Positions 19,593 through 30,228 are shown, numbered from the stretch's first letter. The stretch: 64,000 nucleotides of DNA from Gemmatimonas sp. (GCA_965279375.1 OZ257156.1:2144001-2208000), one strand, 5' to 3'. Made by a program: numbers and translations. Notes: generated by a model not told the origin, from the letters alone.

Positions 19593-20606
19593 ATGCATCG
19601 CGTCACTCGACCGTTTCCGACCGCGAAGGTCTGGCTCTTGGCATTCACCGTGGCGGCCGGGCAGACGCCGTCAGCGGCAAGCGCGCAGACGTACAAGGCG
19701 GACGCGTGGGCGTCCGCCCGCGCATGGAATTCGGCGTTGCTGCCACCGAATTCGATCTTCGACGCCAACGGCAACACCAATTCGACAGGGACCTCGTCGA
19801 ATGCGCAGGCGTCGATGGTGGACGGCACCATTTCAGGGGCGGCGCGTGCCAGCGCTCAGGCAGCCGGTCAAGGGGTCCTGCGCGCCGGCGCATACGTCGA
19901 CCTTTCCTTCGGCGGCACCGAGAGCGGACAAGCCGAAGGGTCCGCCTTCTCGCTGGCCACCTCCTCGGTTGGGTTCAACTTCTTCGACGCATCGGTGCCC
20001 ATCGGGGATCCCGTGGTCTTCACGGCGCAGTCGCTGGTGTCCGGTGGATACCTGCTGAGCGCCCCCCCGAGCAACGGCGCCAGCTACGCTGTCGGCGGCA
20101 TTGGGGTCCAGATGGGGACGAGCGTGTATGGCCCTGCCGGTCAGGGGATCTCGCCCCTGCTCGGCTGGTGGGGACAGGGCTTCTCCTCCGAGCTGAGGTC
20201 CAACGGTCAGATCTTCGACCAGGGATCGGTCAGCACAGGCCCGCAGTCGTTCGACGTGCACGTGTTTAACGGGCAGCTGCTGTACCTGAACATGTTTGTG
20301 GAGGTTTCGGCCGGCTACAACCTGCAACTCGCGGCCAACGGTACGCCGGCCACCGCGCAGGCATGGTCGGACTACACGCGCACCCTGCGATGGGGCGGAA
20401 TCACGGCGGCGCGACGTCTGGATGGCACCGCGCTGTCGAACTACACGGCGTTCGGTGTCGATGGCTTCGACTACGTGAATGCCGCCGGTACCGTGACCAC
20501 GGTGCCGGAACCTTCGACGACGGTGTTGGTGGCGGTTGGCGCGCTCCTGCTCGTACTCGAGCGAAAGCGGCGCACGCATGTTCGCGCGGCTCGCGCTGCG
20601 GCCTGA
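19593..20606 (+). CDS. PEP-CTERM sorting-domain surface protein
   Basis: AAGGAG RBS, signal peptide, VPEPST-hydrophobic-RKRR C-terminus. Confidence 0.88.
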   Translation: MHRVTRPFPTAKVWLLAFTVAAGQTPSAASAQTYKADAWASARAWNSALLPPNSIFDANGNTNSTGTSSNAQASMVDGTISGAARASAQAAGQGVLRAGAYVDLSFGGTESGQAEGSAFSLATSSVGFNFFDASVPIGDPVVFTAQSLVSGGYLLSAPPSNGASYAVGGIGVQMGTSVYGPAGQGISPLLGWWGQGFSSELRSNGQIFDQGSVSTGPQSFDVHVFNGQLLYLNMFVEVSAGYNLQLAANGTPATAQAWSDYTRTLRWGGITAARRLDGTALSNYTAFGVDGFDYVNAAGTVTTVPEPSTTVLVAVGALLLVLERKRRTHVRAARAAA

Positions 20607-20749
20607 GCGCCAGACATTCGGCGATCCGGTCCGCGTTCAGCCGGTCGTGAGGGTGGTATTCGCCGGCACGAGACCGACACCTGCCCGTCACCCGTAGCAC
20701 GTCGCCTCAACTCGGGGCGGCCTCTCCTCTTCCTCCATCAATCGGATCC

Positions 20750-21424
20750 ATGCGCACCATGACAGCACACAACCGCTGGCCATTCGCGAAGCTCGTGACA
20801 CAGTGTGCCATCCTGTTCCTCACCGCGTCGATGACGCTGGCTCCGCGAGCGCAGGCCCAGTTCATCTACAGCTACACGGGGAAAAACTTCACGCAGACCA
20901 ATGTCATCGGCCCGACGAGCCCACCGAACGTATTTAGCACCAACAACAGCGTGTCGGGTTTCCTTCAGTTGTCCGCGCTGCTTGGAAGCAACCTCGTGGT
21001 CAATACGCGTGGGAGCACCGTCACCCCTGTATCGTTTCGCTTCACGGACGGTCTCAACACGTTTACCGACGCAAACGTCACCAGTTCGTTTTTCTCGTTC
21101 AGTACGGACGCGTTGGGGAACATCACGGAATGGGTGGCTAGAGCAACACTCTTCAATGGAGCGGCAGGCGGAGGATATGCCAGGGAGTTTACCACGTTTA
21201 GTGGCACGTACAGCTCGGACCGTGGCGTCGAGACCGTCTGCGGCCCGACATCCACCGCTTCTATTTGCGCTTATTTCGGAGACCCGTTCTATCAGGTGTC
21301 CGGATCCAACTACGATGCACCAGGAACGTGGCAGGTGCAGACCACCGTCCCCGAGCCAAGCTCAGTACTTCTGGTCGGTGTTGGCTTGGTTTGTTGCGCC
21401 ATTCGTCTGCGTCGTCGGGCCTAA
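20750..21424 (+). CDS. PEP-CTERM sorting-domain surface protein
   Basis: Signal peptide (AQA), VPEPSS-hydrophobic-RLRRR; visibly more AT-rich than its neighbours. Confidence 0.88.
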   Translation: MRTMTAHNRWPFAKLVTQCAILFLTASMTLAPRAQAQFIYSYTGKNFTQTNVIGPTSPPNVFSTNNSVSGFLQLSALLGSNLVVNTRGSTVTPVSFRFTDGLNTFTDANVTSSFFSFSTDALGNITEWVARATLFNGAAGGGYAREFTTFSGTYSSDRGVETVCGPTSTASICAYFGDPFYQVSGSNYDAPGTWQVQTTVPEPSSVLLVGVGLVCCAIRLRRRA

Positions 21425-21601
21425 TCGTTCCCCTCTCGTGATTCACACGGGCCGCGCTGCACGATTGGGCGCGGCATTCGTGTGTGCGGGGGAATAGCCA
21501 AGACCCTTTCGCCCATGCGCACGCCACGACTGTCAGAGTCGGTTGGAGAGGGCGACTCTTCGGGAGCAGCATCGTGATCGGGGTCGATCGACGTCGTGCC
21601 G

Positions 21602-23395
21602 CTACGGCTTCGTGTACACCACCTTCCCATCAAACACCGTCAACTCACAGGTCATGTCCTTGAGCGCTTCGGTCTTCACGGCGTAGGGATCGCGGTCCCA
21701 CACGGCGAGGTCGGCGTATTTGCCTACCTCGATGGAGCCGATCTTCTTCTCCATGAACATCTGGCGTGCGGCCCAGATGGTGACCGCGCGCAGCGCGACG
21801 TGCACATCCACCGATTCCGTGCGCCCGAAGGGATCGGTGGTGCCGTTTGACAAGAGCGTCTGCCGTGCCACCGCCGACCAGATGCCGTAGCGCGCCGCAA
21901 AGGGCGTGACGCCAAAGTCCGAGCCGTTGGCCCACGTCATGCCGCGCTTGAGAAACGTCGCAAAGGGATTGAGACGCAGCGACCGCGCCGGCCCAAAGTT
22001 CGCGGCATAGGTATCGCCCAACCACCAGGCAAAGGTCGCCGACGGCTCCGGATACCCCGCGTCAAAGTCATGCTGCAGGCGCGCCATCACGTCGATCGCG
22101 TGATCGCTCGGGATGTTGGCGTGAATGATCCCGTGACGCAGTCCCTTCTTCGGGTTGGCCGCGATCGCCTGCGCGTAGCTGTCCACCGTGTAGTCGATCG
22201 CCTGATCGCCGATGGAGTGCACGCTCACGTGCATGCCCGCATCGTGAAAGAGGCGAATCATTGCGCGAATGGTGTCCGGATTGGACGCGGGATAGCCCTT
22301 GTTGCCCACGTCGATCTCGGTGCCGTTCTTGTTCCAGTCGTCGTAGAGCCACGCGGTACGCGCACCGCCGCTGCCGTCCATATACAGCTTCGCGCCGCCG
22401 GCGATCACATGATCGTCACCGGTGCTTTCGTACGGCCGAGTGGTGGCGGCGCGTTCGGCGATGAGCGTACGCGCTGATGCCGTCGTGCTGCCCCCGCGCC
22501 ACAGCGCAAACACGCGCACGGGGAGTTTGCCTTCGGCGGCCACGCGCTTGTATGCGTCGAACGTCGCGCCATTCATGCCAGGGTCCTTGAGTCCCGTCAT
22601 CCCTTCGGCCACGAACGCCTGCGCAAGATCGCGCAGGCCGGCCTCGGTCTGCTGGATGCTGCGCCCGGGAATGAGACGACGCACGAGTCCCTGCGCGGAC
22701 TCCTTGAGAATGCCGGTGGGCGTGCCATCCGGATTGCGGTCGATCGTTCCGTTGGGTGGATCGCGCGTGTCCTTGGTGATGCCCGCCTTGGCCAGTGCGA
22801 CACTGTTGGCCACGCCGTAGTGGCCCGTGGTCTGCTGCAGCCACACGGGATTGTCCGGCGAACTCGCATCGAGGTCTTTCGCCGTGGGCAGGCGACGTTC
22901 GGCGAACTTGCCTTCATCCCAGCCACGCCCTTCCACCCAAGCACCCGCGCCGACCTTTCTGGCCTGCGCGGCAACGGCGGTCGCCATGTCAGCGATGCTC
23001 TTGGCCGCGGGGTAACCCACATCCACCACGAACAGTCGATCGCCTCCGCCGCCCGAGAAGTGATTGTGCGCGTCGAGCAGCCCTGGCGTGACGCTCCGCC
23101 CCTTGAGATCGATGCGCTGCGTTGATGGACCCGCGAGTCGCAGAATCTGCGCGTCGGTGCCCACGGCCACGATCTTATTGCCGCGAACGGCAATCGCTTG
23201 CGCAATGCGATCCTTTGCATCGACGGTGATCACGTGCCCGTGCAGGAGCACGAGATCGGCGCGCGGCGCCTGCTGCGCGCCGATCTCGAGAGACGCGGTG
23301 CCCAGGGCGCATGCAGCAAACGCGGCCAGCACCCAGGGTGCCGCCGCGTTCGTGTGTAACCGCCTGTGGATTCGTTGACCTGTGGAACGGACCAT
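21602..23395 (-). CDS. Amidohydrolase 3 family (YtcJ-like), secreted
   Basis: PGLLDAHNH, KLYMDGS, VHSIGD, GSD, GSIEVGKYADL; TAATG overlap with kinase stop. Confidence 0.88.
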   Translation of the reverse strand: MVRSTGQRIHRRLHTNAAAPWVLAAFAACALGTASLEIGAQQAPRADLVLLHGHVITVDAKDRIAQAIAVRGNKIVAVGTDAQILRLAGPSTQRIDLKGRSVTPGLLDAHNHFSGGGGDRLFVVDVGYPAAKSIADMATAVAAQARKVGAGAWVEGRGWDEGKFAERRLPTAKDLDASSPDNPVWLQQTTGHYGVANSVALAKAGITKDTRDPPNGTIDRNPDGTPTGILKESAQGLVRRLIPGRSIQQTEAGLRDLAQAFVAEGMTGLKDPGMNGATFDAYKRVAAEGKLPVRVFALWRGGSTTASARTLIAERAATTRPYESTGDDHVIAGGAKLYMDGSGGARTAWLYDDWNKNGTEIDVGNKGYPASNPDTIRAMIRLFHDAGMHVSVHSIGDQAIDYTVDSYAQAIAANPKKGLRHGIIHANIPSDHAIDVMARLQHDFDAGYPEPSATFAWWLGDTYAANFGPARSLRLNPFATFLKRGMTWANGSDFGVTPFAARYGIWSAVARQTLLSNGTTDPFGRTESVDVHVALRAVTIWAARQMFMEKKIGSIEVGKYADLAVWDRDPYAVKTEALKDMTCELTVFDGKVVYTKP

Positions 23396-25653
23396 TATTG
23401 CGGCCTCGCGATCGCGTCGCGCCAAGGGGCGAAGTCATCGTACAGACGGCGCACGAGGCCGTCGCTCAGGGCAATCCGCGTGATGGCGCTGCCGCGTGCG
23501 GCATCCCGCACCACCACTTCGATCTTGGGGAGTGAACCATCCTCTCGCGGCATGAACGCTGCGGGCGACACCAGCGCGACGATCTCGTTGGGCACCGGCT
23601 TTCCGGCGGCGAGATGCGCCGGCACGTTGGCCAACGCCGGAATGCGCGACGATTGCTCGAGCGCCACCGCCACGCCATCGCGCAGCAGCTCCACCGACTC
23701 CACATCACCGCGACGAATATCCAACACCTTGTCCGGCACATACGAAGGCCACGGCGCCTTTTCGGGCGTGACTTCCAGCACGTACATCGCGCGACGCGAC
23801 GACACCACTGATTTCCACGCGCCCCACCCCTCGATGGGATCCACCATCGGATACGGTTCCCCCGACGCACTCGTCTTGCCGTTGCGCCACGCGTCACCCT
23901 GTTCGGCGCGCCACACAAACACCGGCGTGGGCATGATCACGGCCCGCACGTCGCCATTGCGCACGATACGCGCCTTGCCGTCGACGCCACGAGCAATCAT
24001 CGCACGCGCGGCTGCTTCCGGATATCGCGCACGGACACTGGCCACGCGCGCGATGCTGTCGGCGCGTTCCTTCTTGCTGCGCTGCTCTGCCAACCTCGCC
24101 GAATCCCGCTGTGCGCGCTTGATGCTGTCGGCCTTGGCGGCAGCAGAACCTTTCGCGGCGACGGCTGCGGGCGTCGCAGATGCCCCGGACGGCGCAGGTG
24201 CCCCGGGCGGCGTTGGTGTGGCCGGCGGAGAGGTCTGTGTAGCACCTGTTGAGGTCGCGCCGTTCGGCGACGACGGTGCGTTAGGCGCTGCGGGCGACGG
24301 CACGACGGCGACACGAGCGGCGCTATCGGCAAGCGCGCTGTCGGCCGATGTGCGGAATGCGGCCTCGCCACTGCCTGGGGCACTGCCTGCGGAACCTCGA
24401 CCGAACGCGAGCCACAGCGCGCCGGCCACGAGCACTGCGCCGCCTGCCAGCATGCCCGCGCGAGAGGAGCCGGATGAGGTCAGGCGCACCTGCTCCTGCG
24501 TCACCCCGCTGGTGATCGCGGCCGGGGCACCCGCGCTCGACGCGGATTCCACGCCGCTGCCGACGGTGTTGGTGCGAATCGCGCTGACAGCGGCACTGTT
24601 GCGCAACCCTTCGCTGACCGAGTGCGGCGTGCGCGCGGCCACATTCGCCACGCGCGTGTCGAGCGCACGGCGATACAGCTCCGCGGTTTGCGTCGGCGTC
24701 ATGCTGCTGATCGCGCCGGAGAGCGCATGCGCAAAGTCGGAGACCGTCTCGAAGCGTTCCGCAGCATCCGGCGCCAACGCGCGATCGAAGATCTCCTGCA
24801 GCGACTGCGGCCACTCCACGTCCTCACGCGCCTTCTGCAGCGTTTGCGGACGACTGGTGAGCCGCAAGATGAGCGATTCCTTGGACGACTCCGCCGGAAA
24901 TGCCTGCTTGCCGGTGAGCGCGTAGAACGCCACCAGCGCGAGGGCGTACTGATCGCTGCGCGGGTCGAGCGTGTCTCCCGCCAGCTGCTCGGGCGACATG
25001 TACTGCGGCGTGCCGATTGCGAAGCCGGTACGGGTCACGCGCGTATTGCTCGTGTCCATCGTGCGCGCGATGCCGAAGTCCACGAGCTTCACCATGAACG
25101 TGCCATCGCTGCGAAGACCAAGCATGATGTTGTCCGGCTTGATGTCGCGGTGCAGCATGTTCAGGTCGTGCGCGGCCTGCAGCGCGTCGGCGGCCTGGCC
25201 GAGGATGTCTGCGGCGATATCCGGATGCAGCGCCGACTCACGATCCAGCTTGGCCGCCAGCGATTCGCCGTCCACATACTCCATCGCCAGATACACAATG
25301 CCGTCGGCGGTTTCGCCGAAATCGAAAATCGCCGCGATGTTGGGGTGCGACAGCTGGCTCGCGTTTTCTGCCTCGCGTGTGAAGCGTTGCAGCGCTTCCA
25401 CGTCACCAACGAGCGCAGGTCGCATGATCTTAATCGCGCTCTTGCGCTTCATGCGCACGTGTTCGCCGAGGTACACCTGTCCCATGCCACCTTCGCCGAT
25501 CCGCGAGGTGATGCGATAGCGGTCGGCGACAACCGTACCGATCAGGTCGGCGGTCTGGCCGGCGCTGACGAGCCGAGTCCCGTCCTTCGCACAGAACGCG
25601 ACGCCGTCTTCGTAGGCGTCGCCGCAGCGGGGGCAGATATTCGTCGGAGGCAC
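23395..25653 (-). CDS. Hanks-type Ser/Thr protein kinase (Zn ribbon, kinase, TM, extracytoplasmic domain)
   Basis: CPRC..FCAKDG; GEGGMGQV, AIK, HRDIKPDN, DFG, GTPQYMSPE; TM segment; Pro/Ala linker; probable GTG start. Confidence 0.92.
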   Translation of the reverse strand: MPPTNICPRCGDAYEDGVAFCAKDGTRLVSAGQTADLIGTVVADRYRITSRIGEGGMGQVYLGEHVRMKRKSAIKIMRPALVGDVEALQRFTREAENASQLSHPNIAAIFDFGETADGIVYLAMEYVDGESLAAKLDRESALHPDIAADILGQAADALQAAHDLNMLHRDIKPDNIMLGLRSDGTFMVKLVDFGIARTMDTSNTRVTRTGFAIGTPQYMSPEQLAGDTLDPRSDQYALALVAFYALTGKQAFPAESSKESLILRLTSRPQTLQKAREDVEWPQSLQEIFDRALAPDAAERFETVSDFAHALSGAISSMTPTQTAELYRRALDTRVANVAARTPHSVSEGLRNSAAVSAIRTNTVGSGVESASSAGAPAAITSGVTQEQVRLTSSGSSRAGMLAGGAVLVAGALWLAFGRGSAGSAPGSGEAAFRTSADSALADSAARVAVVPSPAAPNAPSSPNGATSTGATQTSPPATPTPPGAPAPSGASATPAAVAAKGSAAAKADSIKRAQRDSARLAEQRSKKERADSIARVASVRARYPEAAARAMIARGVDGKARIVRNGDVRAVIMPTPVFVWRAEQGDAWRNGKTSASGEPYPMVDPIEGWGAWKSVVSSRRAMYVLEVTPEKAPWPSYVPDKVLDIRRGDVESVELLRDGVAVALEQSSRIPALANVPAHLAAGKPVPNEIVALVSPAAFMPREDGSLPKIEVVVRDAARGSAITRIALSDGLVRRLYDDFAPWRDAIARPQ

Positions 25654-25752
25654 GCGGTCGGCGGAGGGTGTGCGATACGGAAGCGTCCGGCAGTGAGGTA
25701 AAACTACCACCCGCACGATTGCCGGGCGCAACACTACCGTTCAGAATGCAGC

Positions 25753-27444
25753 ATGCCCACCGCACGCACGCTTCCGCTCCACGTCTCGCTGCTGCTCGGC
25801 GCTGCACCGCTGGCCGCGCAGACTCCGTGCGACGGCAAGACCGTCAGCCGGGTCGAGATTGTGCGGTCAACGCGGACGATCGTGGACAAGATGCGTGCGC
25901 CGGGGTGGAGCCGCCCGATTCTGCAGCCGCTTTTGGTAGGCGTGCCCACACGCGAAAGTGCGATCCGTCCGTTTCTGCAGCTCGCCGTCGGAAAGTCATG
26001 CTCGGAGATTCGTCGAGCGGAGTCGGAGCGGCTCCTGCGTCTGCAGCCGTACCTGGCCGACGCCACAGTACGCGTGGTGGACGAGACCGACGGATCGGTG
26101 CGCGTCGAGGTCGAAACGATCGACGACCAGCGGCCGATCATCGGCGTGGGACTGCGCGAGTCGTCGCTCAGCTACCTCGAGCTGGGCAACAGCAACATCT
26201 CCGGTTCAGGTCATCTGGCCGCGGTGGGTTGGCGCGACGGCCGCGCCTTTCGCGACGGTATCGGCGGTCGCTATACCGACTACCACGTGCTGGGCCGACC
26301 GGTGCGCGCCAACGTCGCGTACGCCCGCTTTCCGCTGGGCTCCTTCGCACTCGCATCACTGTCTGAACCGTTCTTCACGGACCTGCAGCGCACGGCCAGC
26401 TACGCCGGATACCTGCGGGACGACGGCTATCAGCGCTTCGTGCGGCCCTCAGGGGACGCGCTGTCGCTCAACACCATTCGCGAGCGCGCCGACGCCGGGA
26501 TCGCCTGGCGGCTCGGCTCCGGCGGATCGGCGAGATATCTCCTGGGCGTGCTCGGGAGCGTCGAGCGCCGTCGGCAGCCCAGCGCGCCGGTCATCTTCGC
26601 CGACTCGGGGCTCGTCGCCACCAACGACAGCACGCTACGCGGACGTTATCGCACCACGGATGCCACACGACTTGGCGTGGTTGCCGGCGTCCGCGCCGTG
26701 ACGTTCGTGAAGGTGAAGGGCTTCGACGCGCTCGAGGGCGTGCAGGACATCGGACGCGGCATGCAGTTCGCCGCGACGATCGGCTCCAGCATCAGCGGCT
26801 CGGTGCGCGGTCCGTTCGTCTCGGCCGACTTCTACACTGGCGTGGGTGCCGAACGCTCGTTTCTCGGCCTGCGCACCCAGGTGGAGACGCGACGTGACGC
26901 GGGGAGGTGGGCCAACATCGTGGGGAGCGGCCGATTGGCGTGGTACTCACGCCCCAGCGCGAAGCAGACTCGCCTCTGGAGCCTCGAGTACGTCGGCGCC
27001 GGTCGCCACGACGTCCCGTACCAGCTGACGATGGACGATCCGCAAAGCGGCATCCGCGGCTACGCGGGGTCGCGTGTGGTTGGCGCACGTCGTCTGTTGT
27101 TGCGCGCCGAGCGCCGTGTCGTGATGCCGGGGATTTCGCGATACCTCGGCTGGGGCGTGGCCGGCTTTGCCGATGCAGCGCAGATGTGGAAGGGGACCGT
27201 TCCGTATGGTCGCAACGGAACGCGCGGCAGCGTCGGCCTCAGTCTGCTGGCCGCCGTGCCGCGCGAGTCGCGCTCACTGGCGCGCGTGGATTTTGCGTTT
27301 CCCTTCGTGCCCGACGACAACGCGAAGGATTTCTCCGTGCGCTTCACCTACACCGTTGCCGGCCGCTCCTTCTGGCGCGAGCCCTGGCAACTCGCCCGCG
27401 CCCGACTCGGCGCCGTGGCCAGCGACATCTTCACGTGGCCGTAA
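25753..27444 (+). CDS. Outer-membrane POTRA/Omp85(BamA/TamA)-like beta-barrel protein; island insertion target
   Basis: Signal peptide, ESERLLR..PYLADA POTRA-like segment, GIRGY loop motif, amphipathic strands, ARVDFAFP. Confidence 0.65.
   Translation: MPTARTLPLHVSLLLGAAPLAAQTPCDGKTVSRVEIVRSTRTIVDKMRAPGWSRPILQPLLVGVPTRESAIRPFLQLAVGKSCSEIRRAESERLLRLQPYLADATVRVVDETDGSVRVEVETIDDQRPIIGVGLRESSLSYLELGNSNISGSGHLAAVGWRDGRAFRDGIGGRYTDYHVLGRPVRANVAYARFPLGSFALASLSEPFFTDLQRTASYAGYLRDDGYQRFVRPSGDALSLNTIRERADAGIAWRLGSGGSARYLLGVLGSVERRRQPSAPVIFADSGLVATNDSTLRGRYRTTDATRLGVVAGVRAVTFVKVKGFDALEGVQDIGRGMQFAATIGSSISGSVRGPFVSADFYTGVGAERSFLGLRTQVETRRDAGRWANIVGSGRLAWYSRPSAKQTRLWSLEYVGAGRHDVPYQLTMDDPQSGIRGYAGSRVVGARRLLLRAERRVVMPGISRYLGWGVAGFADAAQMWKGTVPYGRNGTRGSVGLSLLAAVPRESRSLARVDFAFPFVPDDNAKDFSVRFTYTVAGRSFWREPWQLARARLGAVASDIFTWP
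27376..27444 (+). repeat. Left copy of 69-nt direct repeat (3' end of OMP gene, REPWQLARARLGAVASDIFTWP*)
   Basis: 62/69 identical to 38720-38788 by manual alignment. Confidence 0.95.
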
Positions 27445-27574
27445 ACCGACGCATGGTGGTCTGAGCGCGCACCGCCCAAGGCAGTGCTGGGCGTGAGTGG
27501 GTAGAGTCTGGGAGATGCCCTCGCCACCAAGCGCATATAGCACACACGAGCACGACTGCGCGTGCTCTCACGAC

Positions 27575-29221
27575 CTATGCCTGTGATGGATCGACATCCC
27601 CTGTCGGAAGCAGAGGCAATCCCAGCTCTCGCAGGAATCCATTGTGTGTGTCCCGCGCCTTCCTAATCTCCTTCTCGATCGCCATGAGTGCCTGGTTCGT
27701 GGCCGTCAGATCAATCTCCTCCTCACCAACCGCTGTGCTGATGTAGCGGGAGATGTTGAGGTTGAAATCGTTTTTCTCGATCTCCGCCATCTCTACCCGG
27801 CGGGCGTATCGCTCGATGGGCTTCTCAGGTCGCTGTTGATACGTGTCGACGATCTTCGCAATGTGCGCGGCGCTGAGCTGGTTCTGGCGCTTGCCCTTCT
27901 CGAAATGTTCGGCGGCGTTGATGAACAGCACATCGTCTGGCTTCTTGCACTTCTTGAGCACGAGGATGCAGACCGGAATGCCCGTCGAGTAGAATAGATT
28001 GGCGGGCAGGCCGATCACGGTATCGATGTGACCGTCCTTAAGCAGCTTCGTACGAATGCGTTCCTCGGCGCCGCCCCTGAACAGCACGCCATGGGGCAGG
28101 ATGATGGCCATGACGCCTTCGTCCTTGAGGAAGTGGAAGCCGTGCAGCAGGAAGGCGAAATCGGCGGCTGACTTGGGTGCGAGGCCGTGGCTCTTGAAGC
28201 GCACGTCGTCGCCCATGCTCTCGCCGGCGTCCCAGCGGTAGCTGAACGGCGGATTGGCGACGATGGCGTCGAAGAGCGGCTTCCTGGCCGGGTTCGGCTC
28301 GCGCAACATGTCCCACTCGTTGAGCAGTGTATCGCCGTGGAAGATCTCGAACTCCGTGTCCTTCACCCCGTGCAGCAGCATGTTCATGCGTGCCAGGTTG
28401 TAGGTGGTGATGTTCTTCTCCTGGCCGAAGATCTTGCCGATCGTGCCGCCGTCTTTGGTCACGCGCTTCCGCACGTTGAGCAGCAGCGAGCCGGAACCGC
28501 AGGCGAAGTCCATTACCCGTTCCAGCCGCTTCTTCGTACCGGTATTGGGCTCCTGACTGTCCAGCGTCACGATGGCGGAGAGGATGTCGGAGATCTGCTG
28601 CGGCGTGTAGAACTCGCCCGCCTTCTTGCCGGACCCCGCGGCAAACTGGCCGATCAGGTATTCGTAGGCGTCGCCGAGCGCGTCGATGTCCGTCGAGAAC
28701 TCGTTGAGCCCTTCGGCGATCTTCTGGATGACGGTGCAGAGCTTTGCATTCTTTTCGGCCTGAGTCTTGCCCAGCTTGGGCGAATGCAGGTCGATCTCCG
28801 AGAACAAACCCTGAAAGGTGCTCTCGAACGATTCCGTCTCGATGTACTTGAAACCGTCCTGCAACGTGCCCAGCAGCTCGCCGTTCTGCGTGCGGGCCAG
28901 ATTGGCGATACTGTTCCATAGGTGTTCCGGTTTGATGACATAGTGCACCTTGCGCCGCATCTGCTTCTCGAACTCCGGGATGTCATCCACGTTGTTCGCG
29001 TACCACAGCGCCAGCGGCACCTTACGGGCTTCGCCGCCGGTGTCGGGGTAATCCTTGCCCAGTTCCTTCTTCGCCGCCGTCTCGTAGTTGTCGGAGAGGT
29101 AGCGCAGGAAGAGAAACGAGAGCATGTAGTCGCGGAAATCGTCCGCATCCATCGCCCCGCGCAGTTGATCGGCGATGCTCCAGAGCGTATTGCCGAGTTG
29201 CTTCTGAGTGGTCTCGCTCAT
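27575..29221 (-). CDS. hsdM: Type I R-M methyltransferase subunit M (m6A)
   Basis: LWSIADQLRG, GEFYTP, DFACGSG (motif I), NPPF (motif IV), PHGVLFRG. Confidence 0.96.
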   Translation of the reverse strand: MSETTQKQLGNTLWSIADQLRGAMDADDFRDYMLSFLFLRYLSDNYETAAKKELGKDYPDTGGEARKVPLALWYANNVDDIPEFEKQMRRKVHYVIKPEHLWNSIANLARTQNGELLGTLQDGFKYIETESFESTFQGLFSEIDLHSPKLGKTQAEKNAKLCTVIQKIAEGLNEFSTDIDALGDAYEYLIGQFAAGSGKKAGEFYTPQQISDILSAIVTLDSQEPNTGTKKRLERVMDFACGSGSLLLNVRKRVTKDGGTIGKIFGQEKNITTYNLARMNMLLHGVKDTEFEIFHGDTLLNEWDMLREPNPARKPLFDAIVANPPFSYRWDAGESMGDDVRFKSHGLAPKSAADFAFLLHGFHFLKDEGVMAIILPHGVLFRGGAEERIRTKLLKDGHIDTVIGLPANLFYSTGIPVCILVLKKCKKPDDVLFINAAEHFEKGKRQNQLSAAHIAKIVDTYQQRPEKPIERYARRVEMAEIEKNDFNLNISRYISTAVGEEEIDLTATNQALMAIEKEIRKARDTHNGFLRELGLPLLPTGDVDPSQA

Positions 29222-30228
29222 GGCTTGGTGCGTCGCTTGATAGTGGACTCCAGCGCATCGAGGTCAGCGGCGTCTTGCTGGTCGGCCTGCTGTGCTTCGC
29301 GTGTTCTGCGCTGCAGGTCGAACGCGAGATAGAGCTCGCCGGTACGAGCTTCCATGTGTTCGTGACTGATGGAGCCAGCGTGCGTGAGCAACGGGAATCC
29401 GTTCGAGCTGATGATCTGATCCACGTTATGCTTCCAGAATTCCATGCGCGTGTCCTGTTTGGACTTGGCGCGGAGCTCGGCGGTTTCCAGAAAGATGACC
29501 ACCAGCCGGTTCAGCGTATCGATCTCGTCTTCGGTCAGGTAGTTCTTCGCGACGACGATGTCGGTCTTTCGCACTTTGTCGCCCTTCCAGGCGAGCAGCC
29601 CGAAATGCGGATCGTCGGGATTGGCGCGAGCGGTAATGAGTTCAGCGGCGGTCTTGCGTGTTACTGCAAATATCAGAACGTTCTGCACGGTCGCAAAGAA
29701 CTGCTGTGTTGCTGAGTCGGTCTTGTCGTAGTCGCTGGACAGCGCGAAGAGATCGCGCACTTTCTGATAGAATCGCTTTTCCGAGGCGCGGATGTCCCGG
29801 ATGCGCTCCAGCATCTCATCGAAGTAATCCGGTCGGCCGTCCGGGTTCTTCAAGCGTTCGTCGTCCATGACGAAGCCCTTGATGAGGTATTCCTTGAGGA
29901 CGGTGGAGGCCCAGCGCCGGAACTGCACCCCACGCGGCGAGCGCACGCGGTAGCCCACGGCAAGAATGGCGTCGAGGCTGTAGAGGGTGACCGGGCGCTG
30001 CACCTCGCGGTTGCCCTCGGTTTGAACTACCGAGGATTCCTCGGTAGTTGCCGTCCGGTCCAACTCCCCTTCCTCGAAGATGTTCTTCAGATGCAGCCCG
30101 ACATTGTCGGAGCTGACATTGAACAACTCCGCCATGTCTTTCTGCGTCAGCCAGACAGTTTCGTCTTTGGCCCGCAGCTTGATCTGGCTGCGACCATCGT
30201 CGGTGGTGTAGAGGATCAAGTCGTTCAC
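29218..30228 (-). CDS. rhuM: RhuM-family (virulence RhuM) DNA-binding protein
   Basis: ETVWLTQ..MAELF, HLKNIFEEGEL, YSLDAILAVGYRVRS.RG.QFR.WA, KGF.MDDERLK, IRDIRASEKRFYQ. Confidence 0.9.
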   Translation of the reverse strand: MNDLILYTTDDGRSQIKLRAKDETVWLTQKDMAELFNVSSDNVGLHLKNIFEEGELDRTATTEESSVVQTEGNREVQRPVTLYSLDAILAVGYRVRSPRGVQFRRWASTVLKEYLIKGFVMDDERLKNPDGRPDYFDEMLERIRDIRASEKRFYQKVRDLFALSSDYDKTDSATQQFFATVQNVLIFAVTRKTAAELITARANPDDPHFGLLAWKGDKVRKTDIVVAKNYLTEDEIDTLNRLVVIFLETAELRAKSKQDTRMEFWKHNVDQIISSNGFPLLTHAGSISHEHMEARTGELYLAFDLQRRTREAQQADQQDAADLDALESTIKRRTKP

